Part shown: positions 9,564-18,523 of the stretch, piece after piece
Numbering within the stretch: the stretch's first letter is position 1
Layout of the letters: each line of letters begins with the position of its first letter
Assembly (NCBI GenBank): GCA_037443035.1
Contig: JBBIPC010000012.1
Location: 36,417 to 100,416 of the forward strand
Direction: 5' to 3'
Source of the DNA: Chthonomonadales bacterium
GTDB lineage: Bacteria; Armatimonadota; Chthonomonadetes; Chthonomonadales; CAJBBX01
Length of the DNA stretch: 64,000 nucleotides
Translations under genes and position numbers: made by a program
Notes under the pieces: generated by a model
The model's database searches: none
What the model was told of the DNA's origin: nothing
The model's input: the letters and a program-made list of their open reading frames with translations, nothing else

Positions 9564-10814
9564 CTAGCCCTGCATCTCCTTCAGATACGCTGCCGCAGCC
9601 CACCCGGCAACCGCACCGGTGGAAAACGCTGCTTGCAGGTTGAACCCTCCTGTCACGGCGTCGAGATCGAGTACTTCCCCCGCGAAGAAGAGACCGCGGA
9701 CAAGGCGGGACATCATCGTGCGAGAGTCCACCTCACCCGGAGCTATGCCACCCGCCGTGACGATCGCCTCTTCCACCGGCGCCACACCGGCAACCGAGAG
9801 ACGGAGCCCCTTGAGCACCTCGATTAGCCTGGCCCGCTGGGTAGCGGTGATATTGCTCAGTCGCATCTCCGCCGGAATACTGCACAGTACCGGAAGCAGG
9901 GCTGCAAGGCTCCTGGGAACGAGTTCGCGCGCGTATGTGGCGAACTGACACGGTCGCCGGAACTCACGCAGGAACCGCAGCCGCAATTCCTCCGGGGTCA
10001 GCGCCGGCTTCAGATCCACCAGCAAGTCTACTGCCCCCTGCACGAAACGTAGCTTCCGGCTCAATGTGAGGATGATCGGCCCGGAGGCACCTTTGTGGGT
10101 GAAGAGCATCTCCCCGCGTTCGGATGCCAAGACCCTCCCAGTGCTCCGGTCGGCGAGCTTCGCTTCGACGTTCTTCAATGTCAGCCCACTGAGATCTGCA
10201 ACCCATGCTTCATCCGTAAGGATTGGCGCGAGCGCAGGCGCCGTTGGCACGATCGTATGGCCCACTGCCGCCGCAAGGCTGTAACCGTCACCGGTGCTTC
10301 CAGTCCGCGGGTACGACAGACCGCCCGTTGCTACCACCACTGCTCCGGCGTCCATACGACCGTAGTACAGGTCCACCGCCGCGATGCGATCGTTTTCCGT
10401 CACCAAGCCCCGAGCCCTCGTGTTCACGCGGATCTCGACGCCGCAGTCCCGCATCCAGTGCTCCAACGCTGCGGCGACTTCCAGCGCTGAGTCCGAAACC
10501 GGAAAGATCCTTCCGCCACGTTCGGTCTTGGTCTGCACGCCATACTGTGCGAGAAGCGCGAGTAAGTCATCCCGGAAAAACCGGGAGAACGCGCCATAGA
10601 GGAAGCGCCCGTTCGGTTCGAAGGCCTGGATGAAGACGTCGAGGTCGGCGGCGTTGGTGAGGTTGCAGCGGCCCTTCCCTGTCAGCCGGAGTTTCCGCCC
10701 GGTCCTGGGGCCACGCTCCAACAGCGTCACCTTCGCGCCAGCCGTAGCTGCCATTCCCGCGGCCAGCATGCCGGCTGGACCACCACCGATGACGACGACG
10801 CGGCGTCGCGACAC
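9564..10814 (-). CDS. HI0933/YhiN-family NAD(P)/FAD-dependent oxidoreductase
   Basis: IGGGPAG, GKGRCNLTN, ATGGLSYPRTGSTGDG, GEMLFTH and TGGFNLQ.A motifs; start approximate (GTG). Confidence 0.92.
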   Translation of the reverse strand: MSRRRVVVIGGGPAGMLAAGMAATAGAKVTLLERGPRTGRKLRLTGKGRCNLTNAADLDVFIQAFEPNGRFLYGAFSRFFRDDLLALLAQYGVQTKTERGGRIFPVSDSALEVAAALEHWMRDCGVEIRVNTRARGLVTENDRIAAVDLYYGRMDAGAVVVATGGLSYPRTGSTGDGYSLAAAVGHTIVPTAPALAPILTDEAWVADLSGLTLKNVEAKLADRSTGRVLASERGEMLFTHKGASGPIILTLSRKLRFVQGAVDLLVDLKPALTPEELRLRFLREFRRPCQFATYARELVPRSLAALLPVLCSIPAEMRLSNITATQRARLIEVLKGLRLSVAGVAPVEEAIVTAGGIAPGEVDSRTMMSRLVRGLFFAGEVLDLDAVTGGFNLQAAFSTGAVAGWAAAAYLKEMQG

Positions 10815-10848
10815 TAGCGGGCCGTTCCCGCCGGTACACAGCGGGCTA

Positions 10849-12138
10849 TCACTGCGGTTCGATGCGCTCCAATCCACCCAGATAGGGTCGAAGGACCGCT
10901 GGTACGGTCACCGAGCCATCCTCATTCTGGTAGTTTTCGAGGACCGCAATGAGCGTTCTGGGCAGGGCAAGTCCGGAACCGTTCAGGGTATGGACGAATT
11001 CGGGCTTCGCTCCGGGGGATGGACGATAGCGAATGTTGGCCCGCCGCGCCTGGAAATCTGTGAAGCAGCCGCACGAAGAGACTTCGAGCCACTCTCCCCC
11101 GTTCTCGCCGCAAGCTGGCGCCCACAGCTCCAGGTCGAACTTGATAGCCGACACGAAGGAAAGATCCCCCGTGCACATTTGCACCACTCGATACGGGATC
11201 TCCAAAGACCGACAGACGTCCTCGGCATTGTCCACAAGGCCGTCCAACTCAGCTCGAGAGGTTTCTGGGGTGCATATCTTCACCATCTCCACCTTGTCGA
11301 ACTGATGTCCACGCTTGATGCCGCGGACGTCCCGTCCTGCCGACATCTTCTCCCGCCTGAAGCAAGGCGTGTAGGCGACGTACTTCAGAGGCAACTGGGA
11401 CGCCTCCAATATCTCGTCCCGGTGCAGGTTCGTCACAGGAACCTCGGCAGTCGGAATAAGCCAGAGGTCATCCTCGACGTCACGGTACAGATTGTCGCCG
11501 AACTTCGGTAGGTTGCCGGTGCCGACAAGACAATGCTCGCGGACAAGTGCCGGAGGATAGACCTCCGTATAGCCGTGCTGTCGGATGTGGAGATCCAGCA
11601 TGAACGTGATCAGCGCCCTCTGCAACGCTGCTCCCGCTCCACGCAGAACGTAGAATCGGGAGCCGCTCAGCTTCACACCTCGCTCGATGTCCAGGATCCC
11701 GAGTTGGGCGCCAATCTCCCAGTGAGGTTTGGGTTCGAACGTGAAGCGACGCGGCTCGCCAACGGTCTTCACCACAACGTTATCGCGTTCGTCCACGCCA
11801 TAGGGCACGTCCTCTGCCGGCAGATTGGGGATGTTGAGGAGTAGGTCGTGCCGCTGGTTCTCCAGCTCGGTGAGCTGCGCCTGAAGTAACGCAATCCGGT
11901 CGCCAATCTCTCGCATCTCCGCCTGCAGCTTTTCACGCTCAGCCTGATCGCGCGTGCGACCGATCGCTTTGGAGCCGGCGTTCCGCTGGGATCGCAGTGT
12001 CGTGACCTCGGTCTCTACTGCCCTGCACCGTTCGTCCAGTTCCAGGACCTGATCCGCGAGACCTGGGTCTGCTCCCACCTTACGTAGCCCCTGCCTAACG
12101 AAGTCCGGCTCTTGCCGAATCAGGCGTATGTCGAGCAC
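10849..12138 (-). CDS. serS: Seryl-tRNA synthetase
   Basis: [28 protein letters not shown] and HTLNGSGLA motifs. Confidence 0.99.
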   Translation of the reverse strand: MLDIRLIRQEPDFVRQGLRKVGADPGLADQVLELDERCRAVETEVTTLRSQRNAGSKAIGRTRDQAEREKLQAEMREIGDRIALLQAQLTELENQRHDLLLNIPNLPAEDVPYGVDERDNVVVKTVGEPRRFTFEPKPHWEIGAQLGILDIERGVKLSGSRFYVLRGAGAALQRALITFMLDLHIRQHGYTEVYPPALVREHCLVGTGNLPKFGDNLYRDVEDDLWLIPTAEVPVTNLHRDEILEASQLPLKYVAYTPCFRREKMSAGRDVRGIKRGHQFDKVEMVKICTPETSRAELDGLVDNAEDVCRSLEIPYRVVQMCTGDLSFVSAIKFDLELWAPACGENGGEWLEVSSCGCFTDFQARRANIRYRPSPGAKPEFVHTLNGSGLALPRTLIAVLENYQNEDGSVTVPAVLRPYLGGLERIEPQ

Positions 12139-12288
12139 GTGCCCATCCTCCCCAGCTAAGCGTTATGATACGTATAGCACACCTGGCGCCATCCGGAAGA
12201 ACGGCTTCGGCACAGGTCTGCGCGGCCACGCAAGTCGGCACGCGCCCATGATGATTGCGATTGCCTCGGGCGATTCACAGCCAACCTA

Positions 12289-12317
12289 TTGACAAGTCGT
12301 CAGGACGTGGCTATAAT
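12289..12317 (+). promoter_or_regulatory. Perfect sigma70 promoter for the LacI operon
   Basis: TTGACA-17 nt-TATAAT. Confidence 0.9.
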
Positions 12318-12318
12318 A

Positions 12319-12344
12319 AAAGTACTTTACTGATGTACTTTACT
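12319..12344 (+). promoter_or_regulatory. Candidate tandem operator at the transcription start
   Basis: Palindrome AAAGTACTTT (12319-12328); direct repeat GTACTTTACT at 12322 and 12335. Confidence 0.6.
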
Positions 12345-12348
12345 AGCC

Positions 12349-13425
12349 ATGCGTAAGAGAGCGACCGCACGAGACGTAGCCGAGAAGGCTGGGGTGTCCT
12401 TGACCACGGTCTCCTTCGTGCTCAACCGCCGCCGGAACGTCTCGATCCCGGAAGCAACACGTCAGCGTGTGCTTCAAGCCGCCCGCGAGCTTGGTTACAG
12501 GCCCAACAGCCTCGTGCGAGGTCTCGTGCGAGGGAGAACCCAGACGGTTGGCGTCATTGTTCCGCGGCTGGATAGCAGCTTCCACGCGTCCATCGTCCAC
12601 GGGATTCAGGAGGTGCTCAACGAGCGAGGCTACCGAATCCTTCTTGCGGACTCCGAGCACCGCTTTGCAGACGAGGAGCACGAGGTCGAGTTGCTCCTGC
12701 AACATCGAGTGGATGGTCTCATCTCCGTGGCGCTTCCCGACGACGTCCCTGAGGAGACGCTCTTGAACTGGGTCGGATGCCTTGTGGCCGACGGCATAGC
12801 GATGGTGGTCGTGGACGATCACACGGCTGTGCACCTAGCGGATTGCGTCACGGCGGATGACGCTCTGGGAGCGAAAACTGTGGTCGAGCATCTACTCGCG
12901 TTGGGTCACCAGAGGATCGCGCATTTGAGCGCAGGTCACGCCATGAGCACATCGAGAAGCAGGAGGGAGGGGTACGAACACGCCATGCGATCGGCAGGAA
13001 TGAGCGTGGATCCACGCATGATCGCTGGCTCGTCCTACTTCATGCCGCCAGACCATGTCCGCAGCATCTTCGCGACTTTGATGCAGATAGACCCACCGCC
13101 GACCGCCCTTTTCGCCGCCAACGACGACCTGGCAGCAGAGTGCCTCGCGGCAGCGCGAGAAGCCGGCATCCGAGTGCCCGACGAGCTATCCGTGGCAGGA
13201 TTCGGCGACACAGCAGCCGGGCACTATCTCGATATCACCACCATCCACCAGGACCCGGTTTCCATGGGACGTCGGGCCGCTGCAAGGTTGTTGGAGCGAC
13301 TCGACAACCCAGATCTTGAACCGAGGCACATCGTTCTACCCGTGCAGCTTGTCGTGCGGGGTTCCACCGCTGCACCGCGATCCGCCTCTGACGACGTCAC
13401 CGCTTCACGAAAGTCAACGCGCTAG
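12349..13425 (+). CDS. LacI family transcriptional regulator
   Basis: TARDVAEKAGVSLTTVSFVLN HTH, LGYRPN hinge, and sugar-binding domain (PTALFAAND, VPDELSVAGFGD). Confidence 0.97.
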   Translation: MRKRATARDVAEKAGVSLTTVSFVLNRRRNVSIPEATRQRVLQAARELGYRPNSLVRGLVRGRTQTVGVIVPRLDSSFHASIVHGIQEVLNERGYRILLADSEHRFADEEHEVELLLQHRVDGLISVALPDDVPEETLLNWVGCLVADGIAMVVVDDHTAVHLADCVTADDALGAKTVVEHLLALGHQRIAHLSAGHAMSTSRSRREGYEHAMRSAGMSVDPRMIAGSSYFMPPDHVRSIFATLMQIDPPPTALFAANDDLAAECLAAAREAGIRVPDELSVAGFGDTAAGHYLDITTIHQDPVSMGRRAAARLLERLDNPDLEPRHIVLPVQLVVRGSTAAPRSASDDVTASRKSTR

Positions 13426-13450
13426 ACACCACGCAAGGAGGTAACCACCC

Positions 13451-14233
13451 ATGCAAGCGCGCAAGTATGGCTTCACCCTCATCGAACTGCTGGTCGTCAT
13501 CGCCATCATTGCGATTCTGGCGGCCATCCTGTTCCCTGTGTTCGCCCAGGCTCGCGAAAAGGCCCGGGCGATCTCCTGTGTGAGCAACATGAAACAGATC
13601 AACCTCGCCATGCTCATGTATGCCCAGGACTACGACGAAACCTTCCCCATCAACCGCCGCTTCGGTTTCGACACGGAGCTGTATTACTACACGTGGCGGT
13701 GGGCCGTCCAACCCTACATCAAGAACGAGGGTGTGTGGTTGTGCCAATCGGCGCCCCGCCATCTGAACGAGTTCTGGTGGCCAGAGGTCATGGGTTCGCC
13801 GTTCATTGGCGGACGTGGGTGCATCGCTGATGTGACCATGACACTCGACGACTTCAATGCCAATCCCCGGCGCTGGAAGGGACTTGCCAACTACGCGTCG
13901 AATGGTCATTGGAACTGGTATGACGACCGCCTGAGTCTCGCCTACTTCCAGAAGCCCGCTTCCATCATTTCGCTCCTGGAGACGCGTGACCCGTGGCCGG
14001 ACATGGAGGCCTGGACCATCCCATGGGACTTCGGCGACGGTTACGGCGGCATCGGTTGTTTCCACAACAAGGCAGGCAACTGGGGATTCGTGGATGGCCA
14101 TGTGAAGTGGCTCCGCATTCAGGCGACCCTGGCACCTGAGTTCTTGTGGGACAATGATGCAACCGTTCCACCTGGACAGCCCGCGTTCACTGTGGAGGGC
14201 CTATTGAGCTCCATACCGCCTTGTTTCCGCTAG
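13451..14233 (+). CDS. Prepilin-type N-terminal cleavage/methylation protein with H-X9-DG motif (DUF1559-like)
   Basis: [41 protein letters not shown]-terminal [15 protein letters not shown]. Confidence 0.95.
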   Translation: MQARKYGFTLIELLVVIAIIAILAAILFPVFAQAREKARAISCVSNMKQINLAMLMYAQDYDETFPINRRFGFDTELYYYTWRWAVQPYIKNEGVWLCQSAPRHLNEFWWPEVMGSPFIGGRGCIADVTMTLDDFNANPRRWKGLANYASNGHWNWYDDRLSLAYFQKPASIISLLETRDPWPDMEAWTIPWDFGDGYGGIGCFHNKAGNWGFVDGHVKWLRIQATLAPEFLWDNDATVPPGQPAFTVEGLLSSIPPCFR

Positions 14234-14240
14234 GGTGGTA

Positions 14241-14269
14241 CGGGGTGGGCGTGCTGCACGCCCACCCCG
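14241..14269. repeat. Perfect intercistronic inverted repeat (14-bp arms)
   Basis: CGGGGTGGGCGTGC-T-GCACGCCCACCCCG; no U-tract. Confidence 0.85.
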
Positions 14270-14287
14270 ACACGCAAGGAGAGCCAT

Positions 14288-14500
14288 ATGCGAAGAGAGA
14301 TCCCGCCTGCTGTGCTCATCGTTGTGCTTGTCATCGTCATCGGCATCGTCGGCTACCTCTTCTATCGGTCCGGCAGGAGCGTCGAGGGGGCCGGCGTCAC
14401 TCGCGACGAGCTGAGGCGTGAGTTCCTCAAGCGAGCGCAGTCCGGCCAGCTGCCTGCCTCGCCGGAACAGCTCCAAAGGCTCAAGCAACAACCTCGATGA
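14288..14500 (+). CDS. Small single-TM protein (70 aa), probable pilin partner
   Basis: AAGGAG SD; one N-terminal TM helix followed by a charged tail. Confidence 0.8.
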   Translation: MRREIPPAVLIVVLVIVIGIVGYLFYRSGRSVEGAGVTRDELRREFLKRAQSGQLPASPEQLQRLKQQPR

Positions 14501-14516
14501 GGATGAGGTAACACCA

Positions 14517-15425
14517 GTGACCCCTACCTATGTCGCGCAGGCTATACCCGTCGTGTTGACAACGGACTGCGGAACGGAGATGGACGACCAGTGGGCGCTC
14601 GCCCATCTGCACCTGAGTCCGTCACTGGACTTGCGGGCGGTGGTCAGCACACATGCACCGAACCTCACTCCGCCTGCCGCGGATTCCTCTGCTGCCGCGT
14701 GCCGCGAAGTGCTTGGCAGACTGCCTGGCGGCGACGCGGTGCCGGTCCTCCCTGGATCCAGTGAGCCGTTGCCGGACTGCCGAACACCGCTACCGAATGC
14801 CGGCGTGGAGCGCATCTTGGAGGAGGCACGCCGTGTGGCGCCGTCGGAGACTGCCGACGGCGGCCCACGGGCGAGGCTGATCGTTCTCGCCATCGGAGCG
14901 GCGACGGACCTCGCCTCGGCGCTGCTTCTGGCGCCAGACATCGCCGCATCCATCGAGATTGTCGCCATGGGCTTTCAAAGCCGCGAGCATGGAGGCGACG
15001 AATGGAACGTTAAGAACGATCCGTGCGCCTGGCGTGTCCTTCTGTCGTCGTCCGCACCGCTCACTGTCGGTTCTGCCGCCGTCTGCAAGGAACACCTGTG
15101 CTTGACTGCAGCGGCGGCCGCGGCCATGCTGTCGTCGGCGGGTCGCGCCGGACGATACCTAAGCGACCTCATGGCCGGATGGCTCGCAGCCAACGCTGAG
15201 ATTGCTCGTGTGGTGACAGGCCGGCCGGACCTTTGGCCAGTCTGGGATGAGATTGTCGTCGCCCACTTGCTAGGATTGACGCAGTGGGCCGAGACCCCCC
15301 GCCCGATACTGCAAGACGACTTGGCTTTCGCCGAATCGCATGACGGCGCGAGTATGCGATGGATTACGCAGGTGGATGCCCGTGCTCTGTGGCAGGACCT
15401 CGTCGTCAGGTGCCTCGGCACCTGA
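14517..15425 (+). CDS. Nucleoside hydrolase (IU-NH) family protein, atypical motifs
   Basis: TDCGTEMDD, IGAATDLA, EWNV.ND and PVWDEI motifs; GAGGT SD before GTG 14517. Confidence 0.8.
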   Translation: MTPTYVAQAIPVVLTTDCGTEMDDQWALAHLHLSPSLDLRAVVSTHAPNLTPPAADSSAAACREVLGRLPGGDAVPVLPGSSEPLPDCRTPLPNAGVERILEEARRVAPSETADGGPRARLIVLAIGAATDLASALLLAPDIAASIEIVAMGFQSREHGGDEWNVKNDPCAWRVLLSSSAPLTVGSAAVCKEHLCLTAAAAAAMLSSAGRAGRYLSDLMAGWLAANAEIARVVTGRPDLWPVWDEIVVAHLLGLTQWAETPRPILQDDLAFAESHDGASMRWITQVDARALWQDLVVRCLGT

Positions 15426-17328
15426 CGAGCGGTCTCCTCGGACTTTGGCATCGCCCGACGACGGGCCACACGCGGCTGGGGGTCCGCGTCCGAGCCTCTA
15501 CCTTGGCGCAATCACCGGTATCGTGTTGGCTCCGCTCGTCTGTATCTGGGTCTTTCGGAGTGAGATTCTCTACCATTCGGCGGATCTAGCATCCAACGCC
15601 CTCAGTCTCGCAGCCGTCGGCACGCTGCTGGGTCTGGTACTTGTTCGCAGCGTTCTCCCTCGCGTGAGCCAACGCTTCGTGCTTCTTGTGTACGCCGCCG
15701 TGGCCGGCACGGTGGGCATTTCCACGATGGGTATGGTGCAGTTTCTCATCACCACCTTGGTGGCGCCCTTTTGGTTCCGGAATGCCGGCAATCGGTGGGA
15801 TGAGTTCCTCCCAAGCATTCCATCGTGGGCTGCCCCTCGGTCGCCTGATATTGTACGTGGCTTCTTTCTTGGTCGCTCCAGCCTCTACGCGCCTGAGGTG
15901 TGGCATGCATGGATCGCACCGGTTGCAGTATGGAGCACGTTCATCGTTCTGCTTCTGGCTGCGCAGTACTGCCTCGCCCATATCTTCTACCCGAGGTGGG
16001 CGCATCAGGAACGCCTGGCTTTTCCTATTGTTCAACTTCCGCTCATGGTCGCTTCGCACCGGAGCGAAGGACGCGGGGTTCTGCTTAGCGGAGCCGCCCT
16101 CGCCGTAGCCGTTCAGACGCTCAATGCAGTCCACTACGCGTACCCTTCGGTGCCAGAGCTTCGCGTACTCCCCACTGAGCTGGGCAGCATGTTTCCACCA
16201 CCGTGGAACGCCATCGGCAGTTTCTGGATCACTCTCTATCCGTGTGCCATTGGCGTCGCGGCGCTTGTCCCGACGAATATCCTTGTCTCTTGCATCGCCT
16301 TCTTCTGCCTATCGAAGCTGGAGCTAGTGGCGGCACAGGCGTGGGGGTTGCGAAGTACGGGATCCACGGGAGGCTTCCCTTATCCTGGCGAGCAGGCACA
16401 AGGAGCTGTCTTGGCCCTTGTGGCAACAGTGCTGTGGGGCGCCAGGTATTGGCTGCGTGCCTCGTGGCGGCGTCGAGAGGATCTTGCGGCCTGGCTGGGC
16501 CTTGGTCTCGCTGGCCTTGGTCTATGTACCTTCGGCGTCGCGTTGGGCATGCGCGCTGATGTGGCCGTTCTCTTCTTCGCGCTGTTCCTCCTCTTCATGA
16601 TCGGCTTGGGATGGCTTCGAGCGGCCGTCGGGCCACTCTGGAATCCCGGGAATGATGTCGCCTGGTGGGCACGAGCTGTCGCCGGGGATGCGGTACCCAC
16701 CGGTGAGGCCGTAGGTCTGGCCTATCTCCGGTGGTTTTCGTTCGGCGACTTTCGTGCCCATGCCCTCCCCACCTACGTAGACACCATGCGCATCGCCGAC
16801 GTGGCTAGGATCCCACGTCGCACGCTCCTCGTGACACTGGCCGTCGGTTCGCTACTGAGCATTGTGGCGAGTCTGTGGGTCGCATTGGATGTGTACTACC
16901 GCTACGGCGCAGCTACGGCTCTTACCGACCAATGGCGCACCTACCAAGGACGGCTGGCTTTCGACAATCTCCGTTCGCTCCTGGACGGTACGATACCGAG
17001 ACCCCGTGTGCCCGAGTTGAGCGCGGCGGGCTTTGGCTTCCTGCTCGTCGTCGTCTTGTCCACGGCCAATCGCAGGCTTCTGGGATGGCCACTTCATCCG
17101 GCCGGTTACGTCATGGCGCAGACCTGGTCCCTGGAGTGGTTCTGGTTGCCTATGCTCATCGCCCTCGTTCTGAAGTCCATCATCCTGCGTGCTGGCGGCC
17201 TCCGGCTTTACGAGCGATCGCGGCCATTCTTCGTAGGGCTGATCCTAGGAGACTACACCATGTCTGTCGTGCTCGCGCTCTTAGGTACCCTGTTCCGTGT
17301 GCCCATGTACAAACCATTCCCCGTCTAG
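15340..17328 (+). CDS. DUF6785/DUF6784-type multi-pass membrane protein (putative transporter); start uncertain
   Basis: Many TM segments; W...ERLAFP, WPLHPAGY and LK..ILR.GG..LY...RPFF.GLILG motifs. Confidence 0.75.
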   Translation: MTARVCDGLRRWMPVLCGRTSSSGASAPDERSPRTLASPDDGPHAAGGPRPSLYLGAITGIVLAPLVCIWVFRSEILYHSADLASNALSLAAVGTLLGLVLVRSVLPRVSQRFVLLVYAAVAGTVGISTMGMVQFLITTLVAPFWFRNAGNRWDEFLPSIPSWAAPRSPDIVRGFFLGRSSLYAPEVWHAWIAPVAVWSTFIVLLLAAQYCLAHIFYPRWAHQERLAFPIVQLPLMVASHRSEGRGVLLSGAALAVAVQTLNAVHYAYPSVPELRVLPTELGSMFPPPWNAIGSFWITLYPCAIGVAALVPTNILVSCIAFFCLSKLELVAAQAWGLRSTGSTGGFPYPGEQAQGAVLALVATVLWGARYWLRASWRRREDLAAWLGLGLAGLGLCTFGVALGMRADVAVLFFALFLLFMIGLGWLRAAVGPLWNPGNDVAWWARAVAGDAVPTGEAVGLAYLRWFSFGDFRAHALPTYVDTMRIADVARIPRRTLLVTLAVGSLLSIVASLWVALDVYYRYGAATALTDQWRTYQGRLAFDNLRSLLDGTIPRPRVPELSAAGFGFLLVVVLSTANRRLLGWPLHPAGYVMAQTWSLEWFWLPMLIALVLKSIILRAGGLRLYERSRPFFVGLILGDYTMSVVLALLGTLFRVPMYKPFPV

Positions 17329-17329
17329 C

Positions 17330-18451
17330 GTGTCCAGGAGCGTGTTATTCCTCATGGCGCTATTGGTGTCACCGACCCTCTTTTCTGCATACCTCTCCCC
17401 GAACGAGCGGCTCGAGCCGGCCTTCCAGCCACCACAGAGAGTCTACAACTACACTCCGTGCCTGGTGCAGACGCGTGGCGTCCTGCACGCATGGTACTGC
17501 GCCAATCGAATGCCCGGGGATGTCACCGATTATCTATGCCACCGAACGGCGAGAAGGCGCGGCGGGTCGTGGGTCTGGAGCGATGAGAACGTCGCTCTCG
17601 AACCAGCTCCACGAGGCAAGTGGGACAGTCGGCACGTGTGCGACCCTGAAGTGGTAGCAGGTAGCTTCCGATACCAGTCCAGGGAGTGGCAATACGCCAT
17701 GCTCTACCTGGGCTGCGACGCCGAACGTTCTACGCATAACCAGATCGGCGTGGCATTCGCCAATTCCCTGGAGGGTCCCTGGCACCGATACCCAGATCCG
17801 ATCGTACGCTACACTGCCGATCCCCAAGCCGGCATTGCAGCGGAGCACCTGGGTTGGCCGGTGTACAGATTCTGGGGCGTCGGCCAGCCGGCAGCTATCT
17901 CCCTCGATCGCCGTGGGAAGCTCCTCCTTCTCTTCTCCCGAGGCGAACAAACGTGGGGAGAGCAAATGGTAGAGCTGAATCTCTCCAACATGGATCGAGG
18001 ACCACAAGCGAGCGTGCCCCGACCCGTGCCGACCATCGGTCTGCACGGGAAGGATGGGCGGACCGACGTCACCATCGTGAATGTCGGCGTAGCCCTGAAC
18101 GAGAAGCAGGACCGGCTATACATGGTCCGCGAGGAGCTGCCGCCCGCAGATAACAGGTTTCCTGGCTTCATCTCGGCTTCCGTGCAGGTGGCCAGGATTT
18201 CATGGTCGGCTCTACGGAGCGGACAGGGTCGGTGGACAGTTCTCGGCCACGTGGATAGCACCCTCACAGGCTGGCCACGGAACCACAATGCCTCTATCGT
18301 CAAGGACCCGTTCGGCCGGATCACCGACGCGAGCAGCCTGACCCTTGGCGTTTCGGTGGCCGAGTCCTTCGCAGTACCGCCACCCGATTTCGCATGGCTC
18401 TGGACCTATCGCATCGGCCTTTTGCGATTCCCGTTGCCTCGCACGGAGTAG
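17330..18451 (+). CDS. Secreted five-bladed beta-propeller glycoside hydrolase (GH43/32/68-like clan)
   Basis: Signal peptide; WDSRHVCDPEVV, YAMLYLG, NQIGVAFA..LEGPW and WGVGQP motifs. Confidence 0.7.
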   Translation: MSRSVLFLMALLVSPTLFSAYLSPNERLEPAFQPPQRVYNYTPCLVQTRGVLHAWYCANRMPGDVTDYLCHRTARRRGGSWVWSDENVALEPAPRGKWDSRHVCDPEVVAGSFRYQSREWQYAMLYLGCDAERSTHNQIGVAFANSLEGPWHRYPDPIVRYTADPQAGIAAEHLGWPVYRFWGVGQPAAISLDRRGKLLLLFSRGEQTWGEQMVELNLSNMDRGPQASVPRPVPTIGLHGKDGRTDVTIVNVGVALNEKQDRLYMVREELPPADNRFPGFISASVQVARISWSALRSGQGRWTVLGHVDSTLTGWPRNHNASIVKDPFGRITDASSLTLGVSVAESFAVPPPDFAWLWTYRIGLLRFPLPRTE

Positions 18452-18523
18452 AGACGTCACCACCCTTGGTGCCGCAAGGTCAGACGTGGCATGTCCGTGG
18501 TGCGGGCGGACTACTCTCGCATG

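Noticed and set aside
10630..11511. 293-aa + strand ORF
   Set aside because: Antisense to serS and the HI0933 gene.
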